A model generated the notes under the pieces. It saw nothing but the letters and a program-made list of their open reading frames with translations. It made no database searches and was not told where the DNA came from. A DNA stretch of 64,000 nt, taken from NCBI GenBank assembly GCA_965226585.1, contig OZ245366.1, positions 32,001 through 96,000 of the forward strand. The letters are read 5' to 3'. The stretch comes from Thermodesulfobacteriota bacterium (lineage in GTDB: Bacteria; Desulfobacterota_D; UBA1144; Nemesobacterales; Mycalebacteriaceae). This document shows, in pieces, positions 48,984 to 58,615 of the stretch; position 1 is the stretch's first letter, and every line of letters starts with the position of its first letter. Both the position numbers and the translations under genes were made by a program.

Positions 48984-49730
48984 TCAGTCCGTTTTTTTGC
49001 CGCCTTTCGTCTCGCCGTGCCCAAAGTGTATGCCGCACTCCTTGTCTGAGCCGGTTTCCCACCACCACCTGCCCGCCCTTGAGTCCTCTCCGGGCTTCAC
49101 GGCTCGCGTGCAGGGGGCGCAGCCGATTGACGGGTATCCCATGTCGTGAAGCCGGTTGTAGGGAACTCCGTTTGATTTCACATATTCGCACACACGGTTT
49201 TCAGTCCAGTCAACTATGGGGTTCACTTTCAAAATTCCGCCGTTAGCATGGTCTATCTCAAACTTTTTCGCGTCCGCCCGCTGAGCGGTCTGCTCTCTGC
49301 GGAGCGATGTTATCCACCCGTCAAGACCTTGCAAATACTTGCGGAGCGGGTTGACCTTTCTGACTTCACAGCAAAGAATACGGTTCTCAACGCCTTTGTA
49401 GAAAAGGTTTATCCCGCGCTCCGAAACCATCCGTTCAACCTCCGCCGTGTCGGGGAAAACCAACTCCACCTTCGCACCGTAACGTTCTCTGACCTTTTCA
49501 AGAACTTCGTATGTCTCGGCGTTCAGCCGCCCGGTGTCAAGCATGAAGATGCGCGCGTCCGGCTTGACCTTCATAAGAATATCTATGAGAACGGAGCCCT
49601 GTATCTGAAAACTGGTGGCAAGCGACACTTTCGGGTGAAGTTTTTCCATCGTCCACAACAGAACTTCTTCCGGGCTCGCGCCCTCAAAACGCCTGTTCAA
49701 CTCTTCGGTCTGTTCCTGTGTGAATTTCAT
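48984..49730 (-). CDS. cysH: Adenosine 5'-phosphosulfate (APS/PAPS) reductase, Fe-S type
   Basis: LDTG, CC..RK, GYPSIGC..CT, R.GRW, KECGIH. Confidence 0.93.
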   Translation of the reverse strand: MKFTQEQTEELNRRFEGASPEEVLLWTMEKLHPKVSLATSFQIQGSVLIDILMKVKPDARIFMLDTGRLNAETYEVLEKVRERYGAKVELVFPDTAEVERMVSERGINLFYKGVENRILCCEVRKVNPLRKYLQGLDGWITSLRREQTAQRADAKKFEIDHANGGILKVNPIVDWTENRVCEYVKSNGVPYNRLHDMGYPSIGCAPCTRAVKPGEDSRAGRWWWETGSDKECGIHFGHGETKGGKKTD

Positions 49731-49737
49731 GGAAACC

Positions 49738-50715
49738 CTATTTTATCACAAACATCATCGCAACCGCGTATCCGACTGCCACCGTAACGCACGGCACGGC
49801 AACCCAGAAGAAACCTATTCTCAAAACGTGGCGGTTTCTCGCGGTTTTGCCAAACCCGTGCTGGGCGCACGAAAAGCCCACAATACCGGCGGTTACAATC
49901 TCGGTTATTGAAACCGGAATGCCGTAGAGAGACGCCACAACGATTATCACCGCCGCAGTCGCCTCAACGGTTATCGCCCTTATAAGACATATCTCGGTTA
50001 TCTCCTTTCCAACGGTTTCAAGCACCCTGCCTCCCAGAATAATCGCGCCCGCCGCCATTGCCACACCCGCGAAAAGCGCGCCCGTTGAAGACTCAAAAAG
50101 CCCAAGCCCCACGATGGGACCCACGGCATTTGCCGAATTGTTCGCGCCCGCGGAAAACGCGAGAAAGGTTCCCGAAACCGTTACGCACCACTTGAGAACG
50201 CGGCTTACACCTTCCTCGGAAAAGTTGTCAACAAAGTAGTTGAGTATCCGGTAGTAGAGAAACTTTCCGACAAAAAACCCGACCGCCCACGACAGCACCG
50301 GAGCGGCTATCCACCAGCCGATTATCTGAATAAAACGCTCGTGATTGAGAGCGCCGTAGTAAAGCCCTATGCCCGCGATGGAGCAAACGATGGCGTGCGT
50401 TGTGGCAACCGGAACGCGCGAGATGTTTGCCACCGAGACAAACACAAGGGCGATGACAAGCACAAGAGCGGTCAGCAAAGCGTCTGAGGAGAAAACATCC
50501 TGCGGCACGATGCCTTTTCCCATTGTTTCAACCACCGGCGCGCCTGCAATAACCGCGCCCAGAATGGCGAAAACGGCTATAAGAACAACCGCCTGCCTCT
50601 TTGTTCTCGCGCCCGCGCCGTATGAGGTTGCCATCGCGGCGGCGGAGTTGTTCGCCCCCACGTTGATAGCGAGAAGACCCGACAGCACAACCGCGACTAT
50701 TAAAATCGTTTCCAT
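49738..50715 (-). CDS. PiT-family anion transporter, probable sulfate permease (CysP-like)
   Basis: Two GANN.A signature repeats (GANNSAAAM, GANNSANAVG), V.ET.GK; directly upstream of cysH. Confidence 0.8.
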   Translation of the reverse strand: METILIVAVVLSGLLAINVGANNSAAAMATSYGAGARTKRQAVVLIAVFAILGAVIAGAPVVETMGKGIVPQDVFSSDALLTALVLVIALVFVSVANISRVPVATTHAIVCSIAGIGLYYGALNHERFIQIIGWWIAAPVLSWAVGFFVGKFLYYRILNYFVDNFSEEGVSRVLKWCVTVSGTFLAFSAGANNSANAVGPIVGLGLFESSTGALFAGVAMAAGAIILGGRVLETVGKEITEICLIRAITVEATAAVIIVVASLYGIPVSITEIVTAGIVGFSCAQHGFGKTARNRHVLRIGFFWVAVPCVTVAVGYAVAMMFVIK

Positions 50716-50750
50716 CTCAAAACCTCACCCATAGACAACAAACAAAAACG

Positions 50751-50838
50751 CGCCCTCCCCCGTTTTGCGGGGAAACACGAATAAAAACGCCTGTTTTCCT
50801 CATCTTCCGCCCATTAGAGGACGGAGGAAAACCGCGTT
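50751..50838 (-). terminator. Two hairpins with U-tracts in the cysP-cysH leader (candidate attenuator)
   Basis: Stem GTTTTCCTC/GAGGAAAAC (50832-50824 with 50801-50793) plus outer AACGC/GCGTT and a T run; second stem CCCCG-CAAAA-CGGGG followed by a T-rich tract. Confidence 0.6.
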
Positions 50839-50842
50839 CAAA

Positions 50843-50926
50843 TCACATACAGCAGGAACAGCGCGCGCAACCGCAGAAACGGGCGGCGCGAAAAGAAATA
50901 AAAAAACTGTAAAGCGCGTCTGACAT
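50843..50926 (-). CDS. Cysteine-rich leader peptide (27 aa)
   Basis: ATG 50926 to TGA 50843: MSDALYSFFISFRAARFCGCARCSCCM; 5 Cys in the last 10 codons; upstream of sulfate assimilation genes. Confidence 0.7.
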   Translation of the reverse strand: MSDALYSFFISFRAARFCGCARCSCCM

Positions 50927-51026
50927 TGCTAAATTGTCCGGCTCCGAGCGTTAATGCTATGCGGAACAGGGGTGAAAGTCAATTCCGCCGGGCGCGCCAA
51001 ATCCGTTATAATGGTCTTTCTGAGCA

Positions 51027-51533
51027 ATGGCAAAATCACGCAAACCCGTCATATATCTGGCAAGCCCGTACGGTTTTTCAACCCGGCAGAAGGAAGTGCT
51101 TCTTCCCGAAATCGTGAAAGAACTTGAAGACACGGGCGCGACCGTGTGGGAGCCGTTTGAGCGCAACAACCAGAAGGAAATCCTTTCAAAAAAGGGCTGG
51201 GCTTACAAGGTGGCGCGGGCGGACTTTAAGGACACGCGCGATTGCGATGCCATTTTCGCCGTTGTGAACGGAACCCCGCCCGATGAAGGGGTCGCGGTGG
51301 AACTGGGAATCGCGATGGCGCTGGGAAAACCCACCTTTCTGTTCCGCGACGATTTCCGCAGAGTTACGGACAGCGAAAACTATCCGCTCAACCTGATGCT
51401 GTTCGCGGGCATGCCCGAAAAGAACTGGCGCGACTACTACTACACCTCGCTTGAAGAGATAAAATCGCCGAAAAAAGCTCTTGTGAAATGGATAAAAAAA
51501 CAGACCCGCACACAGCGGAAAAGCGCGGGCTAA
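51027..51533 (+). CDS. Nucleoside 2-deoxyribosyltransferase / nucleotide N-hydrolase family
   Basis: IYLASP, D...CD, PDEG..VELG.A.ALGKP. Confidence 0.85.
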   Translation: MAKSRKPVIYLASPYGFSTRQKEVLLPEIVKELEDTGATVWEPFERNNQKEILSKKGWAYKVARADFKDTRDCDAIFAVVNGTPPDEGVAVELGIAMALGKPTFLFRDDFRRVTDSENYPLNLMLFAGMPEKNWRDYYYTSLEEIKSPKKALVKWIKKQTRTQRKSAG

Positions 51534-52078
51534 CTCTGCGCGGTCAGCTCATCAGCGTCAAATATCGCGTGAAAACCTATGCCTTCTTTCTCAAAAAGGG
51601 CTTGCGCGTCTCCGCGTTTCACAATCGCCATCACGCTTAAAACCTCAGCACCCAAAGCCCTAACCGCTTCTGCGGCGCGCATAACCGAGCCGCCCGTTGT
51701 AACAACATCCTCAACAAGCACGGCGCGGTCTCCCTTTTGCAAGTTTCCCTCTACGCGCCTCTGAGTACCGTGCCCTTTTTCCTGCTTGCGAACGATAAAA
51801 CCGCGCAGAGATGTGTCTCCGCACAGGGCGAGCATCGCGCCAACTATCGGGTCGGCTCCAAGCGTGGGGCCGCCGATGGCGTTTACCCTTCCGTCTTTTG
51901 AAAACAGGTCAAGGAAAATTGCCGCCGCAAGCCGCGCCCCTTCGGGGTCCAGGGTGGTTTTTCTCGCGTCTATGTAGACGCCGCTCTTCTCGCCCGAAGA
52001 CAGCGTAAAATCGCCAAACTCCACCGAGCGGGCGATGAGTATGGAGCGCAAGCGGTTTCTCTCTTTTTTAAGACTCAT
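51530..52078 (-). CDS. pyrE: Orotate phosphoribosyltransferase
   Basis: F.LSSG..S..YID, VRK..K.HG, LVEDVVTTGGS. Confidence 0.96.
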   Translation of the reverse strand: MSLKKERNRLRSILIARSVEFGDFTLSSGEKSGVYIDARKTTLDPEGARLAAAIFLDLFSKDGRVNAIGGPTLGADPIVGAMLALCGDTSLRGFIVRKQEKGHGTQRRVEGNLQKGDRAVLVEDVVTTGGSVMRAAEAVRALGAEVLSVMAIVKRGDAQALFEKEGIGFHAIFDADELTAQS

Positions 52079-52145
52079 GGAGCGGAAGGGAAACTACACG
52101 GCTTCACCCTCTTGTTCAATCCGTTATTGTTTGCCGGACGGGAAC

Positions 52146-53498
52146 ATGAAAAACATAAGCGTGATACCGGGAGCCGCCGCCGCGGCTTTGCTTTGGATTG
52201 CGGCGGCATTTTCGGGAAGTTTTGCCTCCTACCCCGAAGGCGTGGAGGAGATGCCGGTTGCGGAGCTGACCGCCCTGCTGTGCGCGGCGGGGGTTCTCTA
52301 CCTCGCGGCGATTTGGAAGGCGCGGGACGAGGAGGCGGGAACTTTCGCGGTTGTTTTCGCAATCGGGCTTTTGATGAGGGCGGCGGCGTTCTTCGCTCAC
52401 CCTGTTCTTGAAGACGACTACTTCAGATACCTGTGGGACGGCGCGGTGGCGGCGCGGGGAATCAACCCCTACGTCTTTTCTCCCGCCGAAGCGGTTTCGG
52501 CAAACGCGGGAGACGCCCTTCTCTTGCTCGCGCAAAACTCAGGCGGTGTGGCGGGGCGGATAAACCATGCGGAACTCACAACCGTATACCCCCCGGCGGC
52601 GCAGGCATTTTTCGCCCTCTCCCATCTCGCCGGAGCGTGGAGCGTGAATGTGTGGAGGGCTGTTCTGCTGGCGGCGGATGTTGCGACATTCCTTATACTC
52701 CGGCGCGTCTGCCGGGGGCGCGCCAATCCGGCAATCTACTGGTGGAATCCGCTTGCGGTTTTCACGATCTTTTTCTCTTGCCACATGGAGGCGCTGATAC
52801 TGCCCTTTGCCGCGGGCGCGGTGTGGGCGGCGGGGAAAAAGCGCGGCGTGCTTGCGGCTTTTCTGCTTGCCGTCTCGGTGTCGGTAAAGTTGTGGACGGC
52901 GGTTCTCGCGGGGACGGTCGCAAGGGAGGCGGGAGGCGCGGCGAAAAGAACCTTCGCCCTGCTCGCCCTCTGCGCGGGCGCGGCGGCGGTAACGACTCTG
53001 CCGCTTTTTCTCTACGCTTTCGGAGAAAACTCAGGCATCGCGGCGTATGCGGAAAGCTGGGAAAACAACAGCTCTTTTTTCAGGATAACGCTGTTTTTGT
53101 GCGAGACGGCGGTTGAGGCGGCGGGCTTTCACACCGGGCACGGGCAGTTTGCCGCCCGCATTGCCACCTGCGCGCTGATTGCCTGCGGAGCCGTCTACGC
53201 TTCCACATCGGGCAGATGGCAAAAAGCCGACCTCGCGGGCAGATGCCTGTTTATCTCGGCGCTTGTGTTTCTTGTGATTCCAACCCAGTTCCCGTGGTAC
53301 TACTGCTGGGTCGTTCCGTTTCTGGCGATGAGAAGCGGGGGGGCGAAGTGGTCTCTGCTCGCGCTCACGGCTCTGCTTCCGCTTTACTATCTTAAATACG
53401 GAGCCGTAACGGGTGCCGCCGCAGACGCGCTTGTGTGGATACAGTTTGTTCCGGTGTGGATTATGCTTGTGTTTGAAAACCTGAGGGGAAACAAATGA
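52146..53498 (+). CDS. GT-C membrane glycosyltransferase (GT87/DUF2029-like)
   Basis: DD..RYLWDG....G.NPY...P, TVYPP, Y.WNPL, H.E, PWY; polytopic membrane protein. Confidence 0.8.
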   Translation: MKNISVIPGAAAAALLWIAAAFSGSFASYPEGVEEMPVAELTALLCAAGVLYLAAIWKARDEEAGTFAVVFAIGLLMRAAAFFAHPVLEDDYFRYLWDGAVAARGINPYVFSPAEAVSANAGDALLLLAQNSGGVAGRINHAELTTVYPPAAQAFFALSHLAGAWSVNVWRAVLLAADVATFLILRRVCRGRANPAIYWWNPLAVFTIFFSCHMEALILPFAAGAVWAAGKKRGVLAAFLLAVSVSVKLWTAVLAGTVAREAGGAAKRTFALLALCAGAAAVTTLPLFLYAFGENSGIAAYAESWENNSSFFRITLFLCETAVEAAGFHTGHGQFAARIATCALIACGAVYASTSGRWQKADLAGRCLFISALVFLVIPTQFPWYYCWVVPFLAMRSGGAKWSLLALTALLPLYYLKYGAVTGAAADALVWIQFVPVWIMLVFENLRGNK

Positions 53499-54421
53499 AT
53501 TTTGAAAAAGAGATGGAAACCGCTCTTTCTGCGGTGACTGAAGCGTGCGGGATTTGCGTCCGCGCCCGTGAGGGCGGGATATACAAGGAAACCAAGGCGG
53601 ACGGAACTCCCGTTACGGCGGCGGATTACGCGGCGCAATTCGTTATCGTCCGCTCCATTGCGCGGCGTTTTCCCGCTGACGGCATTGTGGCGGAAGAAAC
53701 GCCCTCCTTTCAAAACGGGCAAATGGCGGAAGAGGTTTTGAAACTTCTTCCCGAAGCCGGGGCGGATGAAATGGCGGAGATGGTTTCACGCGGCGGAGAT
53801 GCGGAAAGGTTCTGGGCAATTGACCCGATTGACGGAACGGCGGGCTTTATAGAGGGCGCGCAGTTTGCCGTTGCGGCCGCGCTTGTTGAAAACGGAGAGC
53901 CCGCGCTCGGTATCCTCGGTTGTCCGGGACTCGGTTTTATAATGTGCGGAGCGCGGGGACGGGGAGTGCGCAAGGTTGACGTGAAAAAAGCGCAGAGTGG
54001 CAAAGGGGCGTGGGAAAAACCGCGCGGAAGGGGAACTGTTCTGTGCGAAACGGCTCGGGGAACGGAAGAGGCGTATTCCGTAACGCGCGAAATTATGGGA
54101 GATATTGAAAAAAGCGCGGGAGAGACGGAAACGATAAGGATGGACGGGCAGTGTAAATACGCGCTTGTTGCGGCGGGGCGGGCGGATGTGTTTATGCGCG
54201 TTCCCAATTCCGGCGGCAAAAACGGACGCAGGGAGAACATCTGGGATCATGCGGCGGGAGCGGCGGTTGTGAGCGCGGCGGGCGGCAAAGTGTCTGACTT
54301 TTACGGAAACCCGCTTGACTTCGGCGCGGGCTTTACGCTTGCGGAAAACAACGGAGTGGTTGCCTCTGCGGGAGCGGTTGCGGACGTAATTATGGAAGCG
54401 ATACGCAAAACGGGATTTTGA
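53495..54421 (+). CDS. 3'(2'),5'-bisphosphate nucleotidase, HAL2-like inositol monophosphatase family
   Basis: K.D.TPVT.ADY, AEE, DPIDGT, GCP, D.Q.KY, ENIWDHAAG. Confidence 0.85.
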   Translation: MNFEKEMETALSAVTEACGICVRAREGGIYKETKADGTPVTAADYAAQFVIVRSIARRFPADGIVAEETPSFQNGQMAEEVLKLLPEAGADEMAEMVSRGGDAERFWAIDPIDGTAGFIEGAQFAVAAALVENGEPALGILGCPGLGFIMCGARGRGVRKVDVKKAQSGKGAWEKPRGRGTVLCETARGTEEAYSVTREIMGDIEKSAGETETIRMDGQCKYALVAAGRADVFMRVPNSGGKNGRRENIWDHAAGAAVVSAAGGKVSDFYGNPLDFGAGFTLAENNGVVASAGAVADVIMEAIRKTGF

Positions 54422-54492
54422 AAAAAATCGCGCCCCGCGACTTGCGCGTGTTATTATGATATTTCAGAATAATCGGAAAGGGAGAAACAACA

Positions 54493-55818
54493 ATGGCTTC
54501 AAAAAAAACAAAAACCGCCAAACTTACAAAACGCTACGAAGAGGCGCTCAAATACCCTCTTTTTGACTCAATATTCAACCGCCGCTCGCGCAGATTCGGG
54601 CTTGGAATGGAACTGCCTGAAACAAGCACACTGGGATTCAAATCGTCTTACAAACCCGTGCCGCTTGATGAGTTTGAAGAGGCTCTTCTCGTGTGGTCGG
54701 GGACGGGGCTGACGGGATTGTGCCTTGCAGACCTGCCTCCCGAAAACGGAATTGATCTTCTGTGCCAGTGGACGGGAAGAACATGGCCCTCCGCCTGCAA
54801 CAATCACGGAACGGAACTTTTCTTCACAAACGACAAGGGGCTTTATCACGTTGACGTAAAGCACATGCTTCCCGAACCGGGCGAGCTGGACATGTTTTTC
54901 AAAATGGGAAAACAGAAAAGAATTGACCGCCTTATGGAACTCTACAGGGGCAGCATCGTTAAACTTGAAAATAAAAGAGCCGACCTGCCCGACAAAATGC
55001 CCGGACTTTTTGACTTCAACCAGTGGAACACGAACAAGCCGGGAACCTCGCTGTTTATTCCGGTAACCGATGTTACGGAGGAGTATCTGAACCTTTTGCT
55101 TCTCTACTGCAGCAGCACCTACGGTTTTTCAATCACGGACGACCTGACGGGCAAACCCGCCGGGATTGACAAGTGGATAAAGAAGGGGCGCATAAAGGGC
55201 GAGGTGAAACTTTCGCTGTTTGACCTTGAGGTGAGAATCCTCACGGGGCTTAACGTTGAGCAGGCGTTTATGTGCCAGAACATGAGTCTCGCGCTTCAGG
55301 CTCTCGGGCTCGCGGGATGGACTTTCACGGGGCTTGTGCCGCGCTTCGCTCTCGGCGCGGTGCCAGATATGTTCAAGGGGCTGGGCTTCAGATTCATTCA
55401 GCCAAAACGGGGTTCCATAGATCCGCCGCCAACTATTCCGGTGGGAAGAGACGGAGTTTTTGAAGGTTACTGCCCGCCATATTACAAAAACATGGATGCC
55501 GCGATTGACGCTTTTCTTGAGCACAAGGCGTCTGCGTGGACAAACGACAAACCGTTTCCCTACACCGAGCCGGACAAACACCTTATGCAGGCTCCCCAGC
55601 CCACTGACACGACAATTCAGATTGTGCGCGATGTGGCGAATTACATTTACGACAGATACGGGCGTTTCCCCGCGTTTGTAGACCCGATGTATATGCGGCT
55701 TGTTTTTCAGGCAATGAACATAGACACCGAATTCTACGACAAGTACTACCCGAAGGGGTCGTACACCGACACGCACGCTAAAGCGTTTGAGGCAAACAGG
55801 AAGATGAGGAAAAAATGA
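54493..55818 (+). CDS. Hypothetical protein (441 aa), possibly nitroreductase-like fold
   Basis: Long ORF with GGAG RBS; RRSRRF, PSACN and QNM.L...ALGL.GW resemble FMN-binding nitroreductase motifs. Confidence 0.55.
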   Translation: MASKKTKTAKLTKRYEEALKYPLFDSIFNRRSRRFGLGMELPETSTLGFKSSYKPVPLDEFEEALLVWSGTGLTGLCLADLPPENGIDLLCQWTGRTWPSACNNHGTELFFTNDKGLYHVDVKHMLPEPGELDMFFKMGKQKRIDRLMELYRGSIVKLENKRADLPDKMPGLFDFNQWNTNKPGTSLFIPVTDVTEEYLNLLLLYCSSTYGFSITDDLTGKPAGIDKWIKKGRIKGEVKLSLFDLEVRILTGLNVEQAFMCQNMSLALQALGLAGWTFTGLVPRFALGAVPDMFKGLGFRFIQPKRGSIDPPPTIPVGRDGVFEGYCPPYYKNMDAAIDAFLEHKASAWTNDKPFPYTEPDKHLMQAPQPTDTTIQIVRDVANYIYDRYGRFPAFVDPMYMRLVFQAMNIDTEFYDKYYPKGSYTDTHAKAFEANRKMRKK

Positions 55819-57083
55819 AAATCGCGATTGTCGGAAACGGTATCACGGGCATCAGCGCGGCGATTGAAGCCAGGCGGCTGAAACCCGAATGGGAGATTAC
55901 CGTTATATCCGGCGAATCAGATTTTCACTATTCGCGCCCCGCCCTGATGTACATATACATGGGGCACATGAGTTACCGCGACACCAAACCGTACGAAGAC
56001 GGATTCTGGCGGCAAAACCGCATAAACCTTCTGCGCGGCTGGGTAACGGGAATTGACTCGAAAAACAGCCGCCTGATGCTTCACGGCAAAGAGCCGGAGG
56101 GTTACGACAAACTTCTGCTGGCGGTTGGAAGCAAACCCAACAAATTCGGATGGCCCGGACAGGATTTAAAAGGCGTTCAGGGACTCTACGACCTGATGGA
56201 CTTGAGGGAACTCTACGAAAACTCCAGGGGGCTTAAACACGCCGTTATAACGGGCGGCGGACTTATCGGAATTGAGCTTGCGGAAATGCTCCACTCGCGC
56301 GGCGTGCACGTAACCTTCCTTGTGCGCGAAAAATCCTACTGGAACCGCGTTCTGCCGGACGAAGAGTCCGCGATGGTCAACAGGGTGATAGAAAAAGAAG
56401 GGATTGAACTCCGCCTTGGCGCGGAGCTGGCTGAAATTCTTGACGGCGGAGACGGAAGGGTTTGCGGTGTTGTCACAAAAGACGGGCAAAGAATAGAGTG
56501 CGGATTTGTTGGTCTGACGGCGGGCGTGAGCCCAAACACCGCCCTTGCCGGCGAAGGCGGCATTGAAACGGGCAGGGGAATCCTTGTGGACAGGGGTTTC
56601 AAAACGAGCGCGGAAAACATCTATTCCGCCGGAGACTGCGCGGAGATAGTAACCGGAGAGGAAAGAAATCTTCTCCAACAGGTCTGGTACACGGGAAAAG
56701 CGCAGGGAGTAGCCGCCGCGCAATCGATGTGCGGAATCGAAACGCGCTACGAGCCGGCAACATGGTTTAACTCGGCAAAGTTTCTTGACCTTGAATATCA
56801 GACCTACGGACAGGTGAACATGAATGTTGCGGGCGAGGAAAGCCTCTACTGGGAACGCCCGGACGGGCTCGCCGGGCTCAGAATCGTCCACGCGGGCGGG
56901 GCTGTAATCGGTGTGAACGTGATGGGGCTTCGCTACCGCCACAAGGTTTGCGAGGGTTGGATTGAGGAGAAACGCCCGCTTGACTACGTTCTGGACAGAC
57001 TGGGAGACGCGAATTTCGACCCGGAGTTCTACTCCCTTTATGAAAAGGAGATAGCGGGCGTTTTCAGGGAGAAGACGGGATGA
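55815..57083 (+). CDS. FAD/NAD(P)-dependent pyridine nucleotide oxidoreductase (rubredoxin/ferredoxin reductase-like)
   Basis: IVGNGITG, GGGLIGIELAE, GV.PN, T....IY.AGDCA. Confidence 0.88.
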   Translation: MKIAIVGNGITGISAAIEARRLKPEWEITVISGESDFHYSRPALMYIYMGHMSYRDTKPYEDGFWRQNRINLLRGWVTGIDSKNSRLMLHGKEPEGYDKLLLAVGSKPNKFGWPGQDLKGVQGLYDLMDLRELYENSRGLKHAVITGGGLIGIELAEMLHSRGVHVTFLVREKSYWNRVLPDEESAMVNRVIEKEGIELRLGAELAEILDGGDGRVCGVVTKDGQRIECGFVGLTAGVSPNTALAGEGGIETGRGILVDRGFKTSAENIYSAGDCAEIVTGEERNLLQQVWYTGKAQGVAAAQSMCGIETRYEPATWFNSAKFLDLEYQTYGQVNMNVAGEESLYWERPDGLAGLRIVHAGGAVIGVNVMGLRYRHKVCEGWIEEKRPLDYVLDRLGDANFDPEFYSLYEKEIAGVFREKTG

Positions 57084-58564
57084 CAACGGACGCGAAGACA
57101 CTTGCGTATGACTACGACGAAGAAACTCTGGGCTTTGAAGAGCCGGAGGTTTCAAGCGCGGAGGATATTTCCGTTGCGGAAAAAATTTGTCTCGCCCTTG
57201 TCGGGGCGGGAGTGGTGGCTTTTGCCGTTCAGTTGGCCGGAGGTCTGTTTGCCGGCACATGGGCGGGAATTGCCCTCGCGTTCGGTCTGCCGTGCGCGGG
57301 GGCGGCGGGATATTTCATCCTTTCCTACACGGGAACAACGGCGGGAATAAAAAACAACGGCGCGTATTTCGCGAACATCTCCTCTCGCGGCTTGCTCGCG
57401 TGGGTCGCGGGGATTGTGATGACGGGTTTTTACATCCTGCTCTACTGGTATCCCTCAACGCTTGAAGGCGCGGTGAGAATGACAGACCCCGTCTCGATGG
57501 CTCTTTCGGGCGGCGCGGCGGACAGGTGGTTTCTCTACGGATTTCTCTACACACTTGCGGTTTTCACCTTCGGGATAAGAATGATAATGCGCTACCGGCA
57601 CAATCGGTATCAGCAAATCCGCACGGTGTCTGTGATGTTTTTTCAACTGGGTTTCGCGTTTTTAATCCCACACATTTTGAAACTGTTTAATCAGCCGGAG
57701 TTTTACTTCAGTTACTTCTGGCCCCTGAAATACGACTATCTTTTCCCCGGCACGGTTTCGCATATCATGAGCAGCCCGGGCGGGCTTGGCGTGTTTTTTA
57801 TCTTCTGGGGAGCGGTGATGACTTTTGTGGCGACTCCGTTGCTAACTTACAGGTTCGGCAAACGGTGGTATTGCTCGTGGGTTTGCGGTTGCGGCGGGCT
57901 TGCCGAAACCATGGGCGACCCGTGGCGGCAGTTGTCTGACAAGTCCGTAAAGGCGTGGAAGGTTGAGAGGTGGATGGTTCACGGCGTTCTGGTTTTTGTT
58001 GTGATTACAACCGCGCTTCTGTGGGCAAACTCGGCGACCGGCGGCTGGCTGTTCGGCGGGATTTCGCAGATGTTTTCAAAATGGTACGGCTTTTTCATAG
58101 GCGCGGTTTTTTCCGGCGTAATCGGTGTGGGTTTCTACCCGATTATGGGAACAAGGGTGTGGTGCAGGTTCGGTTGCCCGATGGCGGCAGTGCTTGGAAT
58201 TTTCCAGAGGTTTTTCTCCAGATTCAGAATCACGACAAACGGCGGGCAGTGTATGTCGTGCGGAAATTGTTCGACCTATTGCGAGATGGGAATAGATGTG
58301 CGCGCCTACGCACAGAAGGGGGAGAACATCATCCGCGCTTCGTGTGTCGGTTGCGGAATATGCGCGGCGGTTTGCCCGAGAGGAGTATTAAAACTTGAAA
58401 ACGGCGCGACCTTCTCAGACCGGTACAGGGGAGCCGAAAACCCGTTCGGCGCGCTGATTGAAGCCGTCAAGCACGACAACACAAGCGGGATAGTGGAGTT
58501 GCCGACAAAAGCAGGGGCGGTGAAGTTTGTCAGGGGGATGAGGGATATGAGGGTGAGGGGTTGA
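57080..58564 (+). CDS. Membrane-bound 4Fe-4S protein (NapH/MauN-like)
   Basis: Multiple TM segments; YCSWVCGCG, WCRFGCP, CMSCGNCSTYC, CVGCGICAAVCP. Confidence 0.88.
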   Translation: MTTDAKTLAYDYDEETLGFEEPEVSSAEDISVAEKICLALVGAGVVAFAVQLAGGLFAGTWAGIALAFGLPCAGAAGYFILSYTGTTAGIKNNGAYFANISSRGLLAWVAGIVMTGFYILLYWYPSTLEGAVRMTDPVSMALSGGAADRWFLYGFLYTLAVFTFGIRMIMRYRHNRYQQIRTVSVMFFQLGFAFLIPHILKLFNQPEFYFSYFWPLKYDYLFPGTVSHIMSSPGGLGVFFIFWGAVMTFVATPLLTYRFGKRWYCSWVCGCGGLAETMGDPWRQLSDKSVKAWKVERWMVHGVLVFVVITTALLWANSATGGWLFGGISQMFSKWYGFFIGAVFSGVIGVGFYPIMGTRVWCRFGCPMAAVLGIFQRFFSRFRITTNGGQCMSCGNCSTYCEMGIDVRAYAQKGENIIRASCVGCGICAAVCPRGVLKLENGATFSDRYRGAENPFGALIEAVKHDNTSGIVELPTKAGAVKFVRGMRDMRVRG

Positions 58565-58615
58565 GATGGTTGAACATCTCAAGTCTGTTTTCCCTCGGCA
58601 GATATACTTCCACCC

